Of a stretch of DNA of 64,000 bases, positions 27,801-38,937 are shown in pieces. A program made the position numbers and the translations under genes. Positions within the stretch are counted from its first letter, which is position 1. Every line of letters starts with the position of its first letter. Origin of the DNA: Phoronis australis (lineage: Eukaryota; Animalia; Phoronida); the NCBI GenBank assembly GCA_002633005.1, contig NMRA01000090.1:978736-1042735 (forward strand). The letters are read 5' to 3'. The notes under the pieces were generated by a model. The model searched no databases and had not been told where the DNA came from. It saw only the letters and a list, made by a program, of their open reading frames with translations.

Positions 27801-30800
27801 TGTTGTTGGAACCAATAGTCAGAGTCTTGCTTTTATTTCAGTGCTGCGAATAGTCAAGAAGCAAGTGAACAGACATTGGTGATATCTAGTGTTCATAAAG
27901 TTGATAGGTGAGTGGGAAATGTTTGTCAAGATCTTGAGACAACTGTGTCATAAACAGTATCCAGTCACAGGTATACCCAAGATCTGCCCAGGCATATATT
28001 TGCCAGCACCAGGTATACTCAAGATCTGCCCAGGCATATATTTGCCAGCACCAGGTATACCCAAGATCTGCCCAGGCATATATTTGCCAGCACCAGGTAT
28101 ACCCAAGATCTGTCCAGGCATATATTTGCCAGCACCAGGTATACCCAAGATCTGCCCAGGCATATATTTGCCACCACCAGGTATACCCAAGATCTGCCCA
28201 GGCATATATTTGTCAGCACCAGGTATACCCAAGATCTGCCCAGGCATATATTTGCCAGCACCAGGTATACCCAAGATCTGCCCAGGCATATATTTGCCAG
28301 CACCAGATCATGTTACAACCTGGCCCGGTTGGTTAATGTCAAGTGTTCACCTGTCGTGTGGCATTGCAATGGTGGATACCTGGCTGCTCCAACTACATGT
28401 AGGTATCCATCAAGTTGACTTTCAGTGATTGCTAATGCCCTTACTAAAGTAAATGCGCTAAGCTTTTGGACAGCCTTCAACAATGAAGGAATGCCGCGAT
28501 TTAGCTAGGAGGTTGCAAATCTTGGGCATATAGTTAGAGAGTTACATCACCTCTGGATATCTATACCTGGATTTAATCATGTCTTGTGGCTTCTATATGA
28601 AACTGTGAAATTGCCCTTCAGTTCAAGCCATAACCCCTAAAAAGCTCAAGTCTATAATATTAATTAATTCTACATCAATCCTTTATTTTTTTCAAATTTT
28701 GGTACATTTAAATTTCAGTCCACAAATGGTCTTTCACAACATTTAATTATTCACGACTGTTTGCGTCTCTATTTTTTTCCAAAAGAAGCAAAACTTGGAA
28801 TTTTTCTCAACATTCGGTGGGTTTGCTTTTTTGTTCACCCTGTACGATGACTGGGAATTCTGTTTCATCTTGTTGGACCACTTTTGGCAGGCACTGTATT
28901 TTATTCTAATGGCCATAACACTTCAAGTAACCATTCATTTGGTGGCTCATCAGTTATTGACTCAAGACCAAGTTTGCTTCCGTAATAGGCCCTAAATATG
29001 GGTAAATTTGGAACATCACATTTCAAAAATGGCTGATTGTATTCTTGTGAATCTTCCAGAGACTACACATTGTTCTCCAAAACACTGTTGGGAAGTGCTA
29101 TAAAAACATTGTAACAGTTGAAAATAAGACCTTTCTGATTTCCATGACAAAATGAAAACAAAACGATAATTTTAGAAAAGTGTAATCTCACTCAGCATTT
29201 ATGGGGTCTCATAATGAACATTTACACGAAGTAAAATATTATTATGTTATTGATATCATTGTTTTGCTCTCAGTGGTTTTACCTTTCTTTATACTTAATG
29301 TTACTAAAAAGATAAGGTTAATATGCGACTCAACTAATGGCAGATTGGTACATGAAATGTCAAAGACCAAATTTTAAGGCTTTCTGCTTCTAGAAAACAT
29401 ATACTGCAAACCTCACAGATACAGACAAAATGCAATTTAATTCGGAAATACCAAATACGAAAGTAACATGAAAAATACCTCAATACTGCCGCTCCCTGGC
29501 TCTCCTCACTGATGCCAAATATGCACTGCCACAATGTGAGTAAATCGAGTCAGCGCACAACTCTTATACTGAAATGAGGGTCGGGTCACATGCAAATTAC
29601 ATTCAGTCTATTCATCCATGAATATACACGTGACCATGAGCCACCCGGAGCAAACAAACGTGAAGTATCTTACAATAAAGTTTTGTAGATATTTGACTAA
29701 ATACACCAGTGAGGTAATTTAAGTCTAACAAAATTCCATCTGCCTTTCAGTGATCGTTTAGATGATGCCTGTATCACCAGTGTGAAGAGTACTATGTCCA
29801 GTGGTGTGGTGGCGAACGTTGCTGGCGCGGAGGCGAGTCTTGCCCCAGGGTTGACCACATGTACAGAACAGAAGGTTTTAAGTCCCAGAGAGCAGCATGA
29901 AAACACAGGTGAAATAGACTGGCAGATGATGCTGCCCTCTGTTGTTTTCTGGACTCGCTTATTGAATTTTCAGGGATCGAAGTCTGCAGACTGTAATGAG
30001 TGTTTGACATAATGTTGTCTAGTTTTGAGTTTTGACAAAGATTTTGTAATTTCAACCTGGAAATTGGTTATGTTACTGCGATTTGATATCAGTCTGAACT
30101 TAAATCAACCGAATGTAGTTTTTAAAAATGGCGACAATATTGCTTCTCATCAAAACTGAGGAAATTTCGGAACCAAAAATTTCTGTTAATATTTGTATGA
30201 ATTAGTGTACCAATTATTCTTTCTGGTTCAAAATGTTTCTTCTTTGTTACAAAGGTTTTTTCCATACAAATAATTTTTATCATGGCTGAGATTTTGTAGC
30301 AATTCAGTTAGCCCTTGAAAAGAGGAAATACTGCAACATTAATTTGGGCAATTATTTTTGTGTGAATAAGAAAAAGTCTTAAAACCTAACTTTGAACCTT
30401 TGTGTGTGAAATGTATTGAGACAGTGCAAGTTAAGCCAACCGTTTTTTAATGCAAAATACTTAATATGTGATGGGATGATACAATATGCCGTAACAAAGT
30501 TCGGAGTTCATCTACAAAATCACATGTCCAGTGTTACCAAAGTAACGAAATTGCCTTTGTAGCCTTGCAGTAAAACTTTTGCACCTGTCCAGCAACATGA
30601 ACAGAAAGTTAAAAAGTGCATAACATCAAAATATGACAACTATCCAAATTGATATACAGTACAAATTGATATACAGTACAAATTGACATACAGTACAAAT
30701 TGATATACAGTACAAATTGATATACAGTACAAATTGACATACAGTACAAATTGACATACAGTACAAATTGACATACAGTACAAAGTAATTCAACTGGACA

Positions 30801-33681
30801 ATGTGGACTGTTGACTTTTTTATTACTTTTAGTAAAATTGTAATGAACACGTCAGGCCTTTCCCTACAGTGTGTCCGGGGCATCCAAAAGGAAACTAGAT
30901 TCAAATTTAGATACCCAGTTAGAAGACTCTGTTCAGCATTTGAAAACCCAAATAACTGAGCAACTAAGCATTGGCTCCTCTTACTAGCTGCAGCTCAGGG
31001 ACCAACAGTTCACTTACCTGTCCAGGATAAAATAGTTGGTTTAGAAATGATGGAAGACACAAAAAATAGTGCACATCAACCATTTTTTCATGGTAACATA
31101 CCACAGTATAACAGCAATATGATTTGAGATTATAAAATGCTGCTGTGCATTATTGGTCAAGGACGCCCTGAGAAATTGAAAATCTCATTTTGCATGCCTT
31201 ATTTTGAAACCCTGGATGAACCGCTGAATGAACCTCTTGTTTAGTCTGGAGATTTTCGTAGTTTAACTGTGAACAAATTTCTGTGCTTTGTCAGCTTGCT
31301 TTGCAAATTTCCTGTGTGGATAGTAATAATTTCTGTGTTAACATTCATGTTGGCAACACATGCAACAGGATGGGAAGGAGATGAGATCAAACAAATTGGT
31401 ATCTTTGCAAATACGCAATGTGATATGCAGTTTATTTTCAACTTTAGCGTATGTGGAGTCACTGAAGATGATACAGACAAAGTCCGTTCCTGACATTGAC
31501 GTTGGAGACCCAAAGAGCTCCAAGTCTTGCAATAGTGCTGTCTCATCTCCTTTCATGGATGGGATGTCCACTCAAGGCGGGACCAGCATCGAGGGTACTT
31601 CGGTTAAGGGTTTGTGTCTGAGCGGCTCTGGGAGTGCAGACATTGCTGATGGTGGAGCTGATGTTCAGAGGGAGACTCCATCGCACTATATCTGCCAGGC
31701 GGACGAAGATCCTGCTAATCAAGCAGAGATGATGGCCCAGAAATTAGGTAGGAAATGTTCACGGTGAGAAAGGCATGCCCTCTGGTGTAGATTATGCCCG
31801 GGTACATGCTTTTTAATTTAAAGCGAGAAATAATTAATGATCCTGTGAGCACGGTTCAGTGCCTACAGTCCAAAGGCTGTATTGTATAAAGGTTCAATAG
31901 TTGGACAGCAATAGTCGATGTCTGTTTAGTTCAAAGACTCCATAATTTGAAGTTTTTATTGGGTGAAAGTTATATAGTTGGTTCTAGAAAACATTCAAAA
32001 TATAGACAATGTTTAGGTCACAGACTGCAGCGACCTCTACAGTAGTGAAGTAGAATCTCAGAAAATAAGAGTGTGTTACGAGCATTTTCAGAAAATTGGA
32101 AGCTTGAGGATGAAGAAGTAATTGTCACGTTTGCCAGTCGATACAAAGGGATGGATCTCAGTTTTTGCCAAACAGGTTTACCAATGCGTAAACTGTAAGT
32201 TAATTGCTGCGGTCAATTCGCAGGCGAGTAGAAATCATGTTCTGTAATCCCTAGTGGCGACAAGTTTTATATTTGATCGCACTTCCATTTTGTAGTCGCT
32301 CATGGCAGCTTCGGGGTTGCAAAGTTATGTCCTGCATGTGTGTGTGTATGTGTGTGGGTGTGGGNTGTGTGTGGGTGTGTGTGTGGGTGTGGGTGTGTGT
32401 GTGTTTGTGTGTGTGTGTGTGTTTTCATGCCCTTGGGAAGGTGCAGCTGTGTCCAAATCTGAGCACTTTTGTCTGTTTACCAATTTTGCATTGTATTGTT
32501 TTGAATTGTGTCGATATTGAATTGTGTTGTATTGAACTCTATTGTATTTTATAAAGTATTTTCTTGGACAAACAATATTTAATCAAACATATTAAATCAA
32601 TCAATAAAAAATATGAAACATGTCTCAAATTGGTTCACAGTCAAATTACAGGTGATTTCTGGACATAGAATTATCTGGCAGTTATCGCTTAAAGCTTTTG
32701 GTTATCTGGATTGGCCATGGACGTACTTTTTTTGCAAAACTATCCTAAAAAGCATGGTTACATGACCTAATTAATACCAAATTGGTGTAGAGTCAAAAAT
32801 ACAATTTCAAGGAATTTCTACTCTCGGAAAACATATAATTTTGCAGAGTTAAATTTGATGTTTTAGTTGATATTTTCCTAAGTGTACAGACTTGGCGACA
32901 AGGTCCTACATAACCTTAAATGTGCGCTAGTGAAGTTGGCTAAGTATCCATTACGGTGCCAAGAATTGATAAAACTGCATCAAAAACATCCAGGTGTATG
33001 ACCTCCTCATTTGTGCAAGAGTCACTATAACTGCATCTGTTGATGACACTTGGTCTGCTCCCACCCACTCTGTGGAAATTAAAAATAACCTATTTCTGGT
33101 ACACGAGATGTAATGTAAGGATTTATCCCAGCATCTTTCGATCTATTTAAGGTAACTACGAATTGCCAGTCAAAGTACGTTATGCTGGCGTGAACAAAGA
33201 ATCAGGCACCCCCCAGTCACTCACATTCACTCAGGCGTCCGTCGATGAAGGGTCCCCGTCTTTGCCATCGTCTGCCTTCCCGACAGTCGTCGATGCACAT
33301 GGAGAACAGGACACGTCCGAGCCAATCAGAATACCAGGGAATGCTGACGAATCATTGCAAAGACACACAGCATGCAGTTATGACATCGGCTGTTCATCGT
33401 CAGAGGCTTCTGGAAGAGGAGAGGAATCTAATGTAAATTGTGAGAGCAGTACTACTTGGTATCGTACACTAGATGATGCTAGTGATCTAAATGGTAGCAT
33501 GTCACCAGGACAGACAGCTAGAAGTGAGCAAACGGAGAAACAATGTCTTGACCCATTGAGCCACAAACGCCAGTATTTGACAACAGAGGGCACTCACGCT
33601 GAAACTGAACCAGGGTCAGATGTTGTTGAGGATAGCAGATCAAAAACAAATGGTGGAGGCAAAAAATGTGCGATAATGTGA
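15874..33681 (+). CDS. Multi-exon TIR-domain adaptor, TICAM/TRIF-like (TIR + coiled coil + RHIM-like motif + C-terminal CaaX), ~761 aa (765 with microexon)
   Basis: Manually joined GT-AG exons: 15874-15910 (MLLSFHHGVDIE, tentative start), 19675-19761, optional 23090-23101, 24165-24389, 25209-25819, 26500-26656, 27444-27624, 29751-29908, 31448-31747, 33152-33681. All intron phases match, and the total is 2286 nt = 761 aa + stop without the microexon. The TIR-like segment DGMVFYAAHDYDDAEKWIEDI...FRLFEVNYGKSKFHELDKAMRRSTYWLFYLT...RRWSIIPIF...KMKKTFNEK resembles the TICAM1/2 TIR pattern. The first two exons are less certain than the rest. Confidence 0.8.
16220..16932. repeat. Three diverged copies of a ~200-bp unit in +/-/+ arrangement (fold-back)
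   Basis: Unit acagctgtctaga...gcagtagagatg...attatgcctcacactgatt...gcatagagggacacc at ~16220-16455 (+), ~16560-16715 (-) and ~16708-16932 (+). The last two meet at cagctg (~16709-16714). Confidence 0.75.
18138..18302 (+). repeat. Diverged copy of the 3' end of the 24581-25184 element
   Basis: ttaaagtttggaagtccacaca...acggattttg...tgtctgactt...ttgggatttttcc...acacaatctga...gagcac aligns to 25027-25183. Confidence 0.7.
20309..21405 (+). mobile_element. Complete non-autonomous Helentron-type element (HINE/DINE-1-like)
   Basis: T-run, then a 5' subTIR/hairpin atgcgcccacata-ttta-tatgtggacgcat (20314-20343), a (CCGT)n microsatellite (20360-20425) and tandem ~150-160 bp core repeats (ttcatgaaatttgg..., gccccctagtggcaattttag). 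The 3' end has subTIR gtgggcgcat (21371-21380), hairpin caacgc-tcc-gcgttg and a T-rich end. Older decayed relatives flank it at ~19851-20308 and ~21411-21660. Confidence 0.8.
22105..22440 (+). mobile_element. 3' remnant of the same non-LTR family (CCHC + 3' UTR) in a TIR-gene intron
   Basis: MGSPVCPGWGTDLKTPNI matches MGSPVCPECGTDVKTPNH at 44.6 kb. The tail aataggctcaaccatgaggcctgggcacgtctgatgcactgcaaa matches aatgggcccaaccattaggccagcgcacgtctgatgcaccgcaaa at 44.85-44.9 kb. Confidence 0.8.
23341..23937. repeat. 13-bp minisatellite (agcgtagtgtatc)n, ~45 copies, contains an assembly gap (Ns at 23481-23486)
   Basis: Direct tandem array with point variants. Confidence 0.97.
24300..25535 (+). other. 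TIR domain coding region, split by the intron 24390-25208
   Basis: Alternating beta/alpha TIR pattern: betaA DGMVFY, alphaA DYDDAEKWIEDIRE, betaB FRLFE, BB-loop NYGKS, alphaB KFHELDKAMRRS, betaC YWLFYLT, alphaC PFILKARDECLEEAL, betaD WSIIPIF. Recognised by eye, no HMM was run. Confidence 0.75.
24581..25184. mobile_element. Non-autonomous DNA transposon filling most of the intron that splits the TIR domain; 5-bp TSD aaatt
   Basis: Termini cagtgctt...gagcacta, aaatt on both sides (24576-24580, 25185-25189), and subterminal ggtcgccaaa/ggtcaccaaa repeats. A partial relative lies at ~17950-18302. Confidence 0.7.
27968..28306. repeat. 42-bp minisatellite, 8 near-identical copies (intronic)
   Basis: Unit caggtatacccaagatctgcccaggcatatatttgccagcac. 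Confidence 0.97.
30645..30784. repeat. 17-bp tandem repeat (caaattga(t/c)atacagta) x8
   Basis: Direct tandem array. Confidence 0.95.
32337..32422. repeat. (TG)n microsatellite with TGGG interruptions
   Basis: Seen directly. Confidence 0.95.
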
Positions 33682-35636
33682 AGTGCTAACTGAAGAGCTA
33701 TTGGCACAAGTGTACACTTAAAATACCAAAAATAACTGGACAATCTCTTACTGTTTATTGTTGGCTGTGGCTCAGAGACACCTGTTGGTGGTTGATCATA
33801 GGAGAATTTGTGCATGAACTAGTGGCTTTGGTTCGAAACATTGTGCGCTTGGACCTAGTTCAGCAAGATGTAGACAATTGGCGATGTCTTTAAACAAACA
33901 ATTGGTGTGTATTGTGAGGAGTTATCTCTGTAATCTTGGGAAAATTGTGTGAGTCAGCTTGCCTCAGATATTGTTGAAGATGGTGGATTGTACAAGCTCA
34001 GTATAAATACTTCCATTCAGTATTTTAAAAGCAGGTAAATTTACCGTTAGATACTGCAAGATGATTGCCCGCATGTTTGTGGACTAAAAAGTTAGTTATT
34101 GGATGGGTGTTTGAGAAACAAACATTTGTACTTGGCATGTTTGAAAAAATGAATCTTTTATTGTGTTACACAGGCTATTCGCGTTACTTTGATGTGTCCA
34201 ACACATTTGTTTCAGGATACTAGTGGCAAGATTTTTCATCTTATACAATGCAAGTAATGAGCATGGTTGGAGTTGAGTGATTTTGTTGGTTGCCGTTTGT
34301 CTTTAATGGGTTGAGGGTTTTGAAAATGGGCAGTTCCGAAGTATTTTTCCAGTCATGGAGGGCAGGTTCTCGGGGAATGACCCTTAATCTGCCTGTGCCT
34401 ATCAAAAGGTGCTCAAAGGCTGTCTATGTTGCCTGTCTCGCTTTGTTCAATCATAGTCAGTTGTTTGTTTTTCTGTATTTATAATATAATAATGAATCAT
34501 TGGTCTATGGAAATGTATGCTCTGTGTAAGTAGATCATCATTTGTTATGCACACTTGGTGAGCGTTGGAGGCTGACCCAAGCTTTTTCTCAGTCATGTAA
34601 TGATTTATTAAAATGTTGTGTGGTTACACCTTGTGGAAATACATGTAATAGGCGGAGTTCAGTGTCTAGCTCTGATACACTGGGGTGGCAAAGGAGCAAT
34701 TCAGTTTTGGGGAACGCCGAAACGGATCGCACAATGCTTCCGGCGACTCAAAACCATCAGTGAAGTGCAAAGACAATTAATATTTTCCGAAATTTATAAA
34801 CATTGCATTCATTTTGGTTTAAAATTTTTCCGATTTCGTAATGTACATCCAGTGAATACTGATATAGTGCGCTCTACGTAACTGTTTATCAAGGTACATG
34901 CAGGGTGGTTGCTTATTTGGTGTGGTTCTTTGAATTGAATTGAAACACTTGCCAGTGACATCTTTGGAAATCATTATTCCCCTAAGTCAGCCTATGGTTT
35001 TAATGACTTCAGTCAGACCCCAGTTCTGTCTTCTCACTTGTTGATGCATCAATGGCGTCAATCTTGAAAGATAAATTCATGAATCAACTAAAAACTTGAT
35101 TCTTATTGTGGGTTGTATTTACCCACACTAATTATTGCGAAGTTTAGCTAGGTCACGCTTGCTCGTCCAGCGGACTCCGAAATGAGCCAAAATTTTCTCC
35201 TAACTTTTGAGGGTTGTCTAGGGTTACATACATGTAGTATCATTGTGTTTAATGGATTTGTGTGGGAAAGTCGCTTTTACTATGTGGTAGGAGGTCAAAC
35301 CGGGTTCAAGTTTAATGAGGCAGGTCATGGCTGAAGCTGAATAACGAAACGCAGTACGAGTTATTGTTACAGCTAGAATTCTTTTCTTATGTACACTAAG
35401 TAACGAGGACCGAGATGGGACTAATTTTTCTAGCAATAGGCACGTACTGATAGATTGAGATCGAATTCTAGAGTGACGAAAATAGCCAAATGCACAGCTT
35501 GGTTTTGTTTGACTGAAGGCGTACGGGATTATTGCCCTTAGAGTCTCAGTACGGAGCAAATCTTGCACGGTAGATTGTGGTCTTGCGTAGTAAACCACGC
35601 CCGTTTGTTATGTCATTTCATTATTCTGTACATATT

Positions 35637-35792
35637 CATGGGCGGTGCAGCTCTGAAAAAATTGGAGGGGAAAGCCCCCTCTCTCCCGTGTGGTGCACCA
35701 CCTACATGTATAGACCGTGTGCGGCTTAGCATTGAAGATAGTGGTGGGGCTATAGCCCCGCTCCAGCCCCCTATGGTGCACCACCGCCCATG
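35637..35792. mobile_element. Longer copy of the GC-rich MITE family, upstream of the SLC5 gene
   Basis: TIR catgggcggtg ... caccgcccatg and internal ggggctatagcccc. Confidence 0.7.
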
Positions 35793-35899
35793 ATATAATA
35801 AATTAATCGTCTTACAACTTCTTGGCTATCTAAATTTCGTAATAACGTAAACAATAATAAGAATTTTCAGAATTCGGATTCAGGATAAGATTACATTAT

Positions 35900-36262
35900 T
35901 TTCCAATGCGAAGGGTGGCGCTGCAAAGTATCGGGTTGAGTCAAGAGTTGCGCATGCCGTCAACGAAAAAGTGCAGTGCACACGTACGGAGTGTGACCTT
36001 AGAAAGGTGCTGGTACTAAGCGACATATCGTCTTTGTAAGGGAACTGATTATACTGAGATGTCTTTCTTACACGTGAGCTTGTTGGAAGGACGAGCCTCC
36101 GTTTCTGAAGTTAAATTGTCAGTTCACGGCGTTTCAGGAGTCTCAAGGGATTGAAATCGCCCAGAACCGAGGCGGAAAGAACTAGTCTAGTTTTCAGCTC
36201 ATCGGACTTTTCGATTGTTTAGCAATATGCTAGTTAATTAGAGCTACCCGGCAGTTTTTCAG
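35900..36262 (+). promoter_or_regulatory. Putative promoter / 5' UTR exon of the SLC5 gene
   Basis: CpG-richer stretch with an NRF1-like tgcgcatgc (~35949) and a donor cag|gtaata at 36263. The ATG exon has its own acceptor at 38917, so an upstream non-coding exon is required. Confidence 0.35.
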
Positions 36263-36570
36263 GTAATAGGCTACTTACCTTCTTTATAGAGGGTCAACTT
36301 TTCTTAATTAAAAACTTTCTGTATTGATAGTAAACCTCTGACTCTACGTGTTTCAAAATATTTTTCGTACCACAACGCATGTAAAATAATGCGACTGTTT
36401 CGTTTACTACAATTGTCTTATTTTTCAGGGAGATATCTGTAATTTCAACAGATCAGTTCCGCTTCAATTTGGTACCTTTGTGCTAGTAGCGGGCCAATGC
36501 TAGCCTGTTACCATAATGAGAGCTTGTAGGACTCGGGTTGTTTTCCGGAGTAATATCTGCTTACGGATTT

Positions 36571-36730
36571 AGCATCACAGAGTTCTGTCGTTCAGTAACT
36601 TTCTCCAGACGTCAGCGGTACTGAACGTGCGGTACTGAGCTGGGCAGTTAACAAAACAGCCAGATGTTATGGCACGTTCAGCACCCCTCACGTCTGAAAA
36701 AGTTACTGAACGACAGAACGCTGTAATGCT
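36571..36730. repeat. Long near-perfect inverted repeat (hairpin MITE), ~60-bp arms
   Basis: agcatcacagagttctgtcgttcagtaactttctccagacgt...tgaacgtgc pairs with gcacgttcagc...acgtctgaaaaagttactgaacgacagaacgctgtaatgct. Confidence 0.85.
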
Positions 36731-38215
36731 TCGCGGGTAACCAGCCTCTTCCCCTAAAGCCTCAAGATAGCGCTGATGGATTTAGTCATTTGAGGCTTGG
36801 TTATGGCAATTAAGGATCGAGTGTACTAGTACTACACACCTTGCTTATGGGAAATGAAATGCGTCACAATTCTGACACATTTTTACGGAAATCGCCGGAA
36901 TATCACGAATAACGTAAAGTTATGTCAAATTTTTTGCAGTATAATATATAAATGAAGACTAACGGTGTATTGCTGCAGTTTAGGTCTAAATTATTGCAAG
37001 TGATGTACTGATTCGAAAACATTCTTTGATATACTATAATAAAGAATTGAAATTAAGTACGTCAACAGCATTTTTTAAACAATTAAAACTATGCCTTCTG
37101 CTTCATGAAGGGCAGCAACAACACCAGACCTGTTAAATTAATTATAACCTGCCTTTGTTTTAATGGGACGTCAAGGCAGCGGCCAATCGTTGCGCAGAAG
37201 TTGTTTCCCATAACGAAGCCTAGAATAGCTAAAACCATGAGCAGATAATTCTTTGCAGCAGGTGGCATTAAAGAACATTGTTTGTTTGATATGGTGAGTG
37301 AGGGGCAGCTTTACGACGAGTGTATCAGGTGTAGACCGTAATGCTTTTCAAGCATATTATGTACTGTCTCCTCGACCTCCAAAGGTCGTTAATATCAAGG
37401 CCTTCGTCCCGGTGGTCAGACACGACGTTGCTATTTGACCATAAATCCCGGGTTCGCTTGTTTCACATGACTGACAATAAACTCAGTGGCGCATAGCACA
37501 CGGACTTCAAACATCTTGTTAAACAATCTGTGCGGGGTACGAGTGGCAGTTTCTACAATGGTCTGGATGACGAAGTTTGACTAATTGCGCGAAATAATTG
37601 TCGTTGTCGAAGTCTTGAGTTGTGATCGTAAGTAAATTTTTGTACCGGATAATGTTTACCGGTGTCTCGCTGTTATCTCAGTCATATGAACAAGCCTGCT
37701 AAAATTTGCATGTTGTCGGATAACATACAAATCGGACTTACAACATACTCTGAAGTCGGAGCCCTGGAGGTATGAAGAATCGTCTATTTTCTATGATTGA
37801 CTGAGTTCGTGGTCAAAGCCCGGCAGGGTACTGTAGGTACATGTTAATGCACACTAATTACTGCACATCTGTCCTTGTGCGATAAGACAAGTGGTTCAAA
37901 AGCTTTCTGTTGAACGTCTGTTTGGTAAGCGCCGTCTACGAGTGTTATTGTCAGCGGTTCCTAGCACAATCTTGTTTCTTATACCCGATCACCGAGTCCG
38001 GCATAGGTCAACAGGTACAGCGGGCCTGCAATAGGTTGCTCAACTTTTAATTGAACTTTGGCCGAACACGAATCGTAGTTTGGTCTAATTAAACCTGTTC
38101 ATTTTTGAGAGGAATTTTTGGCTGTAAAGCCACAAAGACTGGTGTTATAAGCTAATCAACATCACAACGCAACGGGTCATCATTTTGCGTTTTCCACTGG
38201 AAGAACCCATATTAT

Positions 38216-38369
38216 CAGGGACGGATCCAGGATCTTAAATTGGGGGGGGGGGGCAGAGTATTAGCCAAGATTTTGCCTGTCAGACATTCTTACCCCCGAA
38301 CTGCCAAATGGCCGGGAATCTGGGGGAATTTTAGGGGTGCGGACATGCACCCCTCTAAATCCGCCTCTG
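38216..38369. mobile_element. Second copy of the 2004-2156 MITE (inverted)
   Basis: cagggacggatccaggat...ggcagagtattagccaag...ccccgaactgccaaatgg...ctaaatccgcctctg is the reverse complement of the 2.0-2.15 kb element. Confidence 0.8.
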
Positions 38370-38937
38370 AATGTTTTCTAGAATTGGATAGATATGTCGT
38401 CCACTCAGTCACAGCACCACCGTTTATTGATTTGTAAAGTAAACAAAACGTGACTAGATTTTTGTGTCACCCAATAAATGTACTCACCGACAATATTTTG
38501 CTAGTTGGTACATCAGTTTTAACCCATGACCTATTGCAAATTACTATTCAGTTAAACGAATTATAGACGAATATGCGGTATGAAATAAAATCGCACTCAA
38601 ACTTTATTAATAGTCAACGTGTGTATAAATACTAATAAAAATTAAACAACTTTCAACCTACCACTTAGTGACGTATTTTTTAGCACGGAATTTGGCTGAT
38701 GGAGCCCACGCCGCCTTTTGTTAAGGCTGTACTCTTACGAGACACACGCGTTAATAGGCAAGGAACAAATTCAGACTAGTTTTAAGAGAACAAAAACTAC
38801 CTGACCATGTCCCCCGGCAGACGTGCAGCGTGGAACCTTCATCCTGATTTCTGTAAAACCAGAACCATGGTAGAATTGCGACAGATTTGTTGAAATCCCG
38901 TTGTTTTCTTGTTTAAGGCAGCCTTTAATTTGGCACC

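Noticed and set aside
27889-28428. ORFs with 14-aa repeats (PAPGIPKICPGIYL / MPGQILGIPGAGKY) as a repeat protein
   Set aside because: By-product of a stop-free 42-bp minisatellite open on both strands. It lies in an intron whose flanking exons (27624 and 29751) already join in phase.
32273-32554. Cys/Val-rich ORFs as metallothionein-like peptides
   Set aside because: Translation of the (TG)n microsatellite.
37395-37460. tRNA or tRNA-derived SINE head (ggtggtcaga ... cccgggttcg)
   Set aside because: A/B boxes are degenerate and no cloverleaf can be drawn.
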